Assembly (NCBI GenBank): GCA_950097015.1
Contig: CATNEN010000001.1
Coordinates: 17,050,001-17,114,000 of the forward strand
Reading direction: 5' to 3'
Source: Macrostomum hystrix
Lineage: Eukaryota; Animalia; Platyhelminthes
Length of the DNA stretch: 64,000 bases
This document shows positions 1 to 12,000 of the stretch, one piece after another; position 1 is the first letter of the stretch; every line of letters starts with the position of its first letter. The position numbers and the translations under genes are program-made. The notes beneath the pieces are model-generated. The model had not been told where the DNA came from. It searched no databases and saw nothing but the letters and a program-made list of their open reading frames with translations.

Positions 1-3000
1 GGAGGCGGTTTCTTTGACTCCAGCTTCGAGTCGGACACCTACACTGACACGGCCAACGAGTCAGCTGCGGTTGCCGCCGCTGCAGCCACAGCAGCCGCTC
101 TGGCCGCTTCAAAGCCGTCTCGTTTCGGCTTCCTAAGAACCGGATTGTCTCTGTACAGGCAGCAGCAGCAAGCGTCAATAAATCAGCGAGTTAATCGATG
201 CTATTCAACGCCAAGCGACACTGATTTGGCCGCAGCCGCGGTGGCAGCGGCCGCCGGTGCGTCATCGCGCAACGAGGACCTACTGGCGTTGCCAAGGGAG
301 GAGCTGATCCGGCTTGTGCGGGAGATGCGCGCTAGGGTTGGCCAGACCTCCGCTAGGCTGGTCAGGGAGCTCAAGAGGCGAGATCATCGGCTGGCTAGGC
401 TGCAGAAGAATTGCGACCTGCTCACTGCGGCTCTGCAGGCTGCGAGTCAGAAGAGAAGTGAGTGCCCACTCAGTGCTCATTACTCAGCAGTCTTTTCTGA
501 GAGGTCATGGCTCGTTCTATTCAAAGGTCGCGGCTAATACTATTGAGATATCATGGCTCATTAATGAGTGCTTATGGCTCATTGGGTAAGGTAGTAGTGA
601 CTCATTCAATTAAGAGATCAATGCTCATGAGTCATCACGGCTCATTAATGAGTGTTCATGGCTCATTAATTAGTGGTCATGGCTTGTTGATGAGTGGTCA
701 TTGCTCATTAATGAGTGGTCATTGCTTATTGTTGAGTGGTCATTGCTCATTAATGAGTGGTCATTGCTTATTGTTGAGTGGTCATTGCTCATTAATGAGT
801 GGTCATTGCTTATTGATGAGTGGTCATGGCTCATTAATGAGTGGTCATTGCTTATTGATGAGTGGTCATGGGTCATTAATGAGTGGTCATTGCTTATTGA
901 TGAGTGGTCATGGCTCATTAATGAGTGGTCATTGCTTATTGATGAGTGGTCATGGGTCATTAATGAGTGGTCATTGCTTATTGATGAGTGGTCATGGGTC
1001 ATTAATGAGTGGTCATTGCTTATTGATGAGTGGTCATTGCTCATTAATGAGTGATGATGGCTCATTCAGTGAGACCTGGTAGGGGTCGTGCAGTGGCTCA
1101 TTAGTTAGAGGTCATGGCTCATTCATCAAGCGGTCATTGTTCTTTCAAAGAGACATTATGGTCATGCCTTTTTAGGTATTGGTAACTTAATTTTGTTTTA
1201 TTTAAATGGGAAGTTTTTAAATACTTAAGATTTACTTGCATTTAAAGTACAAATGTGAAGGAAATGATACAAAAAGTTTGATCCTACCATTAATATTCCA
1301 GGAAATTTTGCCAGCTAAAGCTTAATCTAGCAAACATTTTTCTTAAAACGGTAAAACTAATCACTTTGACCCCCTATATATCTTTAATGTCGTAAACTTT
1401 TTTTCTAGATGTTGTTAAAACCAAATAGTGCATGATTTTCATATCATTTTGTCTCATTATTAATTTTCGTGTTGTGTCTACCTGTTTTGGATGTATGACA
1501 AAAGTTTTAGCAGATAAGAGACAAAGATGTCAATCAAAGCTTGCTACACACATTGGCTTGCATGTTGTCGTAGCTTTGTACGTACTCATGTTGTAGTCCA
1601 AGTTTTATTCTAGCACAGAACCTTGAGTATGTAATTGCAATGCTACATGAGTTTTTTATTTTTTTTGCACCGAGACTCTGCAATGTTTTGTGACATTGGG
1701 TGCCTGTGTCTGTTTGTCTGTCTGCCTGCCAGCAAACGTTCTTTAATTGACCGTGACCTGTGTCACTATCACAGAGTAAGAGAATATATTACCTCTTTCC
1801 TTTTATAGATCCTCACGCTCGTATTAGGGGATTTCTGTCCTCAATAATTGATGCGTTGTTTGTTTTAGTGAATCCCCGTTCTAAATCCTAGATAGACATT
1901 CTCACACTCACCTTCACACATTCCCACAACACATTCTCGTATCACACTAACAGACATTCACACTAATATACATTCACACTAACAGACATTCACACTAACA
2001 GACATTCACACTAACAGACATTCACACTAACAGACATTCATTCTAACAGACATTCACAATAACAGACATTCACACTAACAGACATTCACACTAACACACA
2101 TTCACTCACTAACACACATTCACACACATTCACTCACTAACACACATTCACTCACTCACACACATTCACTCACATTCACTCACTCACACACATTCACTCA
2201 CTAACACACATTCACTCACTCACACACATTCACTCACATTCACTCACTAACACACATTCACTCACTAACACACATTCACTCACTAACACACATTCACTCA
2301 CTAACACACATTCACTCACTAACACACATTCACTCACTAACACACATTCACTCACTAACACACATTCACACACATTCACTCACTAACACACATTCACTCA
2401 CTAACACACATTCACTCACTCACACACATTCACTCACTCACACACATTCACTCACTAACACACATTCACTCACTAACACACATTCACTCACTCACACACA
2501 TTCACTCACATTCACTCACTAACACACATTCACACACTAACACACATTCACTCACTAACACACATTCACTAACATACATTCATTCTAACAGACATTCACA
2601 CTAACAAACATTCACAATAACAGACATTCACACTAATAGACATTCACACTAATAGACATTCACACTAACAGACATTCACACTAACAGACATTCACAATAA
2701 CAGACATTCACACTAACAGACATTCACAATAACAGACATTCACACTAACAGACATTCATTCTAACAGACATTCACACTAACAAACATTCACTATAACAGA
2801 CATTCACACCAACAGACAGTCACACTAACACACATTCACACACATTCACTCACTAACACACATTCACTCACTCACACACATTCACTCACATTCACTCACT
2901 CACACACATTCACTCACTAACACACATTCACTCACTCACACACATTCACTCACATTCACTCACTAACACACATTCACTCACTAACACACATTCACTCACT

Positions 3001-6000
3001 AACACACATTCACTCACTAACACACATTCACTCACTAACACACATTCACACACATTCACTCACTAACACACATTCACTCACTAACACACATTCACTCACT
3101 AACACTCATTCACTCACTCACACACATTCACTCACTAACACACATTCACTCACTAACACACATTCACTCACTAACACTCATTCACTCACTCACACACATT
3201 CACTCACTAACACACATTCACTCACTAACACACATTCACTCACTAACACACATTCACTCACTCACACACATTCACTCACTAACACACATTCACTCACTCA
3301 CACACATTCACTCACTAACACACATTCACTCACTAACACACATTCACTCACTAACACACATTCACTCACTAACACACATTCACTCACTAACACACATTCA
3401 CTCACTAACACACATTCACTCACTAACACACATTCACACACATTCACGCATTCTATGACAAGCACGCTGAAACTATGACAACCACCCTCACCCACGCGTG
3501 CACTGATTGGCTCAGCTGGTTATAGAGTGTGCAAAGTTGCTCGCTATACAGCATTCCATTCGCCTATTGTATAGCCATTTAGTTTCTAGCCAAAGCTTTA
3601 TGACAGAGAGGCACAACTTAACAGCCAGTACAAATGCTATTTAATAATTCTTGAAAAGTGGAATCTCTTATAAACTATAGAAAGCCTTTAAGTGTCTTGC
3701 CTGTGGTTGGCGGTAAGCTATAGATTCGACCTTTATCTGTTATCATCCAGTTGCGCTTTTTTGCTATTAGTTATCCGAGTACAGTTTAATTCCCCTACTC
3801 AGTTTCCCCCTTCCTCTCGTTCGAGCAGTCTATATTTGGATGTCCCATGTCTGTTTCCCCTCTGCTCACTGGATCCTCTGCTCAGTTCAATCCAGTTGTT
3901 ATCCCTCTATACTGCTTGAGTACAGTCAGCTAATTCGGCATCTCCATCCGAGTACATCCAGTATTGATCTCCTCTGGTTGAGTAGCCTCCTGCCTCTTTT
4001 CCTGTTTCTTCTGACTCTGAAATCCCTATACAGCATCTCCCCAAAAGCGTGGGTGAGTGGCAAGCCAGTGGAGACTTTGCAGCTCAGCCTCGACCCCTGC
4101 TCCAACCAATCCCCTGAATCTAAAAATAATCCTCACCCGTAGGGGCGGAGGCTGCACTTCTACTTCTTCTCTTCCTCTCTCCCTCTCTCCCTCTCTCCCT
4201 CTCGCGGCGCAAAGCATAATAATATCTACGTCACACAGTTGGTTTCCCTACTCAAGCATCATCCCAACCTAGAGAATCTGCTTTTTTATTGTCCAGAACT
4301 TCAAAAGTTTCATCTGAAAGTACAGATTTATAGAATGGCTACAGTCAGTGGTTTAACTAGTTCCCCATCGATGCCATTGATCCAATGCTCGGATAGCCAT
4401 TTAACTAGTCCTCAGAGAAATAGGAGATTTATTCAGCAGCAGCAGCAGCAGCAGCAGCACAGTTCTGAGTCATCGAATCGTGCCGTATTGGCCGATAATT
4501 TGAGAAAACTTCGCTCAAACACTCAGCGACTGCAGCTGCAGAGGCAAGACGGCTGCTTAGCTAGTTTGACAGGAGGCAAATCTCAAACCATTCTGGTGTC
4601 AGGTAAAATTTACTCATGTTCATTTATTGATTTTCAGTACGTTGTATGTAAGATCAGGTTCTCAAACTGTGTTCATGGGTAGTTTTGAATAAGTCGTTAC
4701 TTTCGTTCAGTTTTTTTCCCAAACTGTACTCATCGGTAGTAAAGAATAAATCGTTACTTTCATTCAGATTCTTCTCAAACTGTACTCATCGGTACTTTAG
4801 AATAAATCGTTACTTTAATGCAGTTACTTTGCAAACTGTACTCATCGGTAGTTTAGAATAAATCGTTACTTTAATGCAGTTACTTTGCAAACTGTACTCA
4901 TCGGTAGTTAAGAATAAATCGTTACTTTTATTCAGTTTCTTCTCAAACAGTACTCATCGGTAGTTAAGAATAAATCGTTACTTTTATTCAGTTTCTTCTC
5001 AAACAGTACTCATCGGTAGTTAAGAACAAATCGTTACTTTAATGCAGTTTCTTCTCAAACAGTACTCATCGGTAGTTAAGAATAAATCGTTACTTTTATT
5101 CAGTTTCTTCTCAAACAGTACTCATCGGTAGTTAAGAACAAATCGTTACTTTAATGCAGTTACTTTTCAAACAGTACTCATCGGTAGTTAAGAATAAATC
5201 GTTACTTTAATGCAGTTTCTTCTCAAACAGTACTCATCGGTAGTTAAGAACAAATCGTTACTTTAATGCAGTTACTTTTTAAACTGTACTCATCGGTAGT
5301 TAAGAATAAATCGTTACTGTCCCGACTAATTTGTCTAGAAGCAAACTGAAATCATCACTGACCTAGTAGAAATCGTTACTTTTCTCTTATTCGTTGTCAA
5401 ACTGTACTTCTCAGTAGCCTAGAATGAAATCGTTACTTTTTGCGATAAGTCTAATTAAGTGGAAAAGTAACTTATATTTGTACCGCAATCGCCTACGCCA
5501 GTAATTTTATATGAATTCTTTAACGCGGTTTTTTCTGTCGCGTCATTCGTGTTTCTAATATTTTAGTTGCCATTAAAATATTTTAGCTCGTAAATTTATT
5601 CTCTGCTCATCTGTTTATTGTCTCCCAGTCTTTCTTCTGTTCGAAAGATAAATAGAAATTCTCTAACAACCGAAAACTTCTTACCTCGGCTGAGTGTGTG
5701 TGCACCTGTGTGACATTGCGCTGTTCTGGCTTCCAAACTATCGCCTCTTTTTGTCTTCTTGGCTTTGCTGCTTTTTATTTTCTGGAAGCTGTGCTCAGCT
5801 CAGTTTGATGTGTGTTTGCTTATTGGCACACGCGGCACGTGTCTTTTCACTGCTACGTGCTCAAAGATTGTTTCTGTGCTGATGATTTTGAGTTCGCAAG
5901 CTGGCCTGTATGGCCACTGGAGATTGCCTGACAAGCTAGAAATCAGAAGCTTATCAGAAAGTATCAATTCAAACTAGATCCAATCGTCAGGTGGTGAGTG

Positions 6001-9000
6001 GCAGACCGGTCTGCCTCCCGCAACAATGTCCCTTAGCTCGATTCCGCGGCGAGGCCACATTCATTTATATTCAAGGGGCAATTTACGCCCTTTGAGGGAC
6101 AACCTCCAAGGCACAGTGAGAGTGTACACTGCCTGACGATGAGAATGTCCGGGCAGATGTACACACCTGTGTGAGCTTGTGCTCAGGAGTCCAGCGGAAT
6201 GGGCAGAATTGCCTCCTCGCTGGCTGCGGGTCTAGTGCCACCAAATGGTGTGCCATTGCCAGCAGCCCTCCTGAAATTATTATTATATAAAATCCAATCG
6301 TCTAACAATTATTCAGGCCAGGATGCCAAGCTCAAATTCACAATCGAACCGCGTCCCGGCGAGGAGGCCTTCAATCAGTGGCGCGACGGCATGCGGGCAG
6401 TGGCCAGACTGCCCAACGGCATTCCCGTGGAGTTTCGAAGAAAGGTTTGTTGCCCCATTCTTTTCATGTCTACATTTGGGATGTTTGCATGTAGAATTGG
6501 GATTTCCCGAGATTTGGCTTATATTAGATTGGTATTATCTTCGACTAGGATTATCGTAGGTTGGTATAATCTTCGACTAGGATTATCGTAGATTGGTATA
6601 ATCTTCGACTAGGATTATCGTAGATTGGATTAATCTTCTACTAGGATTATCGTAGATTGGTTTAATCTTCGACTAGGATTATCGAAGATTGGTTTTATCT
6701 TCGAATAGGATTATCGTAGATTGGTATAATCTTCGACTAGGATTATCGTAGATTGGTTTAATCTTCTACTAGGATTATCGAAGATTGGTTTAATATTCGA
6801 ATAGGATTATCGAAGATTGGTTTATTCTTCGAATAGGATTATTGTAGATTGGTATAATCTTCGACTAGGATTATCGAAGATTGGTTTAATATTCGACTAG
6901 GATTATCGTAGATTGGTTTAATCTTCGACTAGGATTATCGTAGATTGGTATAATCTTCGACTAGGATTATCGTAGATTGGTATAATCTTCGACTAGGATT
7001 ATCGTAGGTTGGGATAATCTTCTACTAGGATTATCGTAGATTGCTATAATCTTCGACTAGGATTATCGTAGATTGGTATAATCTTCGATGGATTATCGTA
7101 GATTGGGATAATCTTCGACTAGGATTATCGTAGATTGGTATAATCTTCGACTAGGATTATCGTAGATTGGTATAATCTTCGACTAGGATTATCGTAGATT
7201 GGTATAATCTTCGACTAGGATTATCGTAGATTGGTTTAATCTTCGACTAGGATTATCGTAGATTGGTATAATCTTCGATGGATTATCGTAGATTGGGATA
7301 ATCTTCGACTAGGATTATCGTAGATTGGTATAATCTTCGACGGATTATCGTAGATTGGTTTAATCTTCGAATAGGATTATCTTACATTCGTATTATCTTA
7401 GATTAGGATTTAAAAAAAATATTTTTCAAAGTGAAATCCTTTAAATCTTAACCCACCTGGCCAGGTGTGGCTGTCCCTAGCTGAGTTTTACCTGGCCTCG
7501 CAGCGTCTCGATTGGCAAAGAATTCGCAAGCTGTGCTTCAACGATCGACTGAATCCGGACGATGACTCGCTGGACCATCAGATTGTGAAGGATTTGCACC
7601 GCACGGGCTGCGAGGAATTCGGCTCCGAGCACGATAGAGCTGTGCTCAAACGCGTCCTGCTGGGTACGCGTGCTCAAACTGCGCTCATCAATGAGAAATC
7701 AGTACTTATTTCCTAGGCAGCAAAAGAGAAATCGTTACTTATCTCCTAAGTAGCCAAGGAGAAATCGTTACTTATCTCCTAAGTCGCCAAAGAGAAATCG
7801 TTACTTATCTCCTAAGTAGCCAAGGAGAAATCGTTACTTATCTCCTAAGTCGCCAAAGAGAAATCGTTACTTATTTCCTAGGCAGCAAAAGAGAAATCGT
7901 TACTTATTTCCTAGGCAGCAAAAGAGAAATCGTTACTTATCTCCTAAGTCGCCAAGGAGAAATCGTTACTTATCTCCTAAGTCGCCAAGGAGAAATCGTT
8001 ACTTATCTCCTAAGTCGCCAAGGAGAAATCGTTACTTATCTCCTAAGTCGCCAAGGAGAAATCGTTACTTATCTCCTAAGTCGCCAAGGAGAAATCGTTA
8101 CTTATCTCCTAAGTCGCCAAGGAGAAATCGTTACTTATCTCCTAAGTCGCCAAGGAGAAATCGTTACTTATCTCCTAAATCGCCAAGGAGAAATCGTTAC
8201 TTATCTCCTAAGTCGCCAAAGAGAAATCGTTACTTATCTCCAAAGTAGCCAAGGAGAAATCGTTACTTATTTCCTAAGTCGCCAAAGAGAAATCGTTACT
8301 TATCTCCTAAGTAGCCAAGGAGAAATCGTTACTTATCTCCTAAGTCGCCAAAGAGAAATCGTTACTTATTTCCTAGGCAGCAAAAGAGAAATCGTTACTT
8401 ATTTCCTAGGCAGCAAAAGAGAAATCGTTACTTATCTCCTAAGTCGCCAAGGAGAAATCGTTACTTATCTCTTAAGTCGCCAAGGAGAAATCGTTACTTA
8501 TCTCCTAAGTCGCCAAGGAGAAATCGTTACTTATCTCCTAAGTCGCCAAGGAGAAATCGTTACTTATCTCCTAAGTCGCCAAGGAGAAATCGTTACTTAT
8601 CTCCTTTCTGTTCTTAAATGGTGTCTTTCTGTCCTTTAAGGATGTCTTTCTGTCTTTTAAGGATGTCTTTCTGTCCTTTTAAGGATCCCTTTTTGGAGTC
8701 TTTCTGGTGTACTATTGCGACATATTTTTTTCGAGGTTCTTTTTCGGTTTTCAAGTTTCAAAATATTCACAATATCCCGCCAAATCCTCCAGCCTACGCC
8801 CGTTGGAACAAGCGGGTCGGCTACTGCCAGGGCTTCAACGTGTTGGCCGCTCTCATCCTAGAAGTGATGGAACGCAACGAAGACGAGGCATTGAAGGTCA
8901 TGATCTTTCTGGTTGACAGCTGCCTACCCGAGAGCTACTTTGCACAGAACCTGCAAGCTCTCACAGTTGACATTGCCGTGTTCCGCCAGCTACTCCGAGC

Positions 9001-12000
9001 GCACCTGCCACAGCTGTCCAACCACCTGGACAGGCTGCAGTCTGTCGCAGCTAGCGGTCATGTGGCTTCTCCTGCCACCCTGGCCGCTGCCTATGAGCCG
9101 CCTCTAGTGAATGTGTTCACCATACAATGGTTCCTCACACTGTTCTCAACCTGCCTGCCTGCCTTTGCCACCCTGCGCCTCTGGGACGCCATCATGCTGG
9201 AAGGTCAGTCAGTCAGTCAGTCAGTCAGTCAGTCAGTCAGTCAGTCAGTCAGTCAGTCAGTCAGTCAGTCAGTCAGTCAGTCAGTCAGTCAGTCAGTCAG
9301 TCAGTCAGTCAGTCAGTCAGTCAGTCAGTCAGTCAGTCAGTCAGTCAGTCAGTCAGTCAGTCAGTCAGTCAGTCAGTCAGTCAGTCAGTCAGTCAGTCAG
9401 TCAGTCAGTCAGTCAGTCAGTCAGTCAGTCAGTCAGTCAGTCAGTCAGTCAGTCAGTCAGTCAGTCAGTCAGTCAGTCAGTCAGTCAGTCAGTCAGTCAG
9501 TCAGTCAGTCAGTCAGTCAGTCAGTCAGTCAGTCAGTCAGTCAGTCAGTCAGTCAGTCAGTCAGTCAGTCAGTCAGTCAGTCAGTCAGTCAGTCAGTCAG
9601 TCAGTCAGTCAGTCAGTCAGTCAGTCAGTCAGTCAGTCAGTCAGTCAGTCAGTCAGTCAGTCAGTCAGTCAGTCAGTCAGTCAGTCAGTCAGTCAGTCAG
9701 TCAGTCAGTCAGTCAGTCAGTCAGTCAGTCAGTCAGTCAGTCAGTCAGTCAGTCAGTCAGTCAGTCAGTCAGTCAGTCAGTCAGTCAGTCAGTCAGTCAG
9801 TCAGTCAGTCAGTCAGTCAGTCAGTCAGTCAGTCAGTCAGTCAGTCAGTCAGTCAGTCAGTCGGGCCTCCAATCCGCAGGCAGCGAGATGCTTCTCCGCT
9901 GCGCGCTGGTTCTGTGGCGGAAGCTGCAGGCGAAGATACTCAAAGAGACAGATAGTGCCGATGCATTCTACTGCCACATGGGCGAGATCACGGCCCTGCT
10001 GAACTCGGAGACACTCATCACTACGGAGCAGCTGATCGAGGAGCTGTACGCCTCGATGTCGGAGATACCGTCAGGCGCCATCTCAGAGCTAAGGGAAAGA
10101 TTCACCTTTAATATTAAACCGTTTTCTGCCCCAGTCGGCGGTCGCTCGGATCGCAATAATCGCTCGAAATCTTCTGGCAAGTCTGGCGGTCGAGGAGGTG
10201 AGAGTCCATTTTCTGGAGTATTTTCTCTTAAATCTGCAGTAGGATTTAAATTCTAAACTGTCTATTCCTAAGATACCAAAGCTACAGTTTTACTGTCTTA
10301 AAAATTTCCTTAAGTTCAAAGTTCCTAAATTCTAAAATCCCTAGATCACTTGATTCTATAATCCCAAATCCCTAGATTCCTTGATTCTATAATCCCAGAT
10401 CCCTAGATTCCTTGATTCTATAATCCCAAATCCCTAGATCCCTTGATTCTATAATCCCAGATCCCTAGATTCCTTGATTCTATAATCCCAAATCCCTAGA
10501 TCCCTTGATTCTATAATCCCAGATCCCTAGATCCCTTGATTCTATAACCCCAAATCCCTAGATTCCTTGATTCTATAATCCCAGATTCCTTAATTCCTAG
10601 ATTATGAAATCCCAGATTCCTTGATCCCTAGATTATGAAATCCTAAATTCCTTGATTCCTAGATTCTGAATTCCCAGATCCCTTGATTCCTAGATTCTGA
10701 ATTCCCAGATCCCTTGATTCCTAGATTTTTTATTTCAGATCCCAAATCCCAAACATATAAAATCCCAGCTAGGCATTGTGTGACGCCCGAGCAGAATTCT
10801 GTGGGAAATTTTTATTTTAGCAGTAAACACCGTAAAATAATTTATTGTTTCGGCCACCATGAGAAATTCAGTTTTAGATTTTGAAGGGAAAGGAAAACCC
10901 ATTGGGAAAACTATCCCCTAACGGCTGTAGATTTGTAATTTTATTCCTCTAACAGTCGTGGCCCCGCAAACTAAATCCAAGATTAACTGCTCGATTTAAA
11001 ACTGCAATGCAGCGCACCGGAAGGTGTTTCATAGCCGCTACTCGTCTCTTAGCTCAGTGTGTGTGAAGAAATGAAAAAAACTAATTTAGTTTCCAGAGAA
11101 CAGATTTCTTGAGGTCAATGGCTGCTCACGTTTTCTCTTTCTCTCTCCCTCTCACTCTAATCTTTACGAGCTCATATAACGCCCTAGCGTTGCACTTGTG
11201 GTCGCATTATTCATTTGAGCATAGTCCTTAAAAGAGAGAAAGAGAGAGCGCGCGAGTCAGTATTAATAAAAGCGAAGAATGTACTTTTGTGGCGTGTTTT
11301 GTTTTTCTAAAATTCACGGGTCACTTAGTTTTATAACATTTTTATGACTACAATTTCAAGCATTTCGTGATTATTTAAGTTTCAGCAATGCTTTACATGT
11401 AATTGGATACCAACTTGATAAACTACAATGGGATAACAGTCAGTGGACTACAATGGGATAACAGTCAGTGGACTACAATGGGATAACAGTCAGTGGACTA
11501 CAATGGGATAACAGTCAGTGGACTACAATGGGATAACAGTCAGTGGACTACAATCGGATAACAGTCAGTGGACTACAATCGGATAACAGTCAGTGGACTA
11601 CCATGGGATAACAGTCAGTGGACTACAATGGGATAACAGTCAGTGGACTACAATGGGATAACAGTCATTAAACTACCATGGGATAACACTAACAGTTAAT
11701 AAGCTACAATGGGATAACAGTCAGTGGACTACAATGGGATAACAGTCATTAAACTACCATGGGATAACACTAACAGTTAATAAGCTACAATGGGATAACA
11801 GTCAGTGGACTACAATGGGATAACAGTCATTAAACTACCATTGGATAACACTAACAGTTAATAAGCTACAATGGGATAACAGTCAGTGGACTACAATGGG
11901 ATAACAGTCAGTGGACTACAATGGGATAACAGTCAGTGGACTACCATGGGATAACAGTGAGTGGACTACAATGGGATAACAGTCAGTGGACTACAATGGG

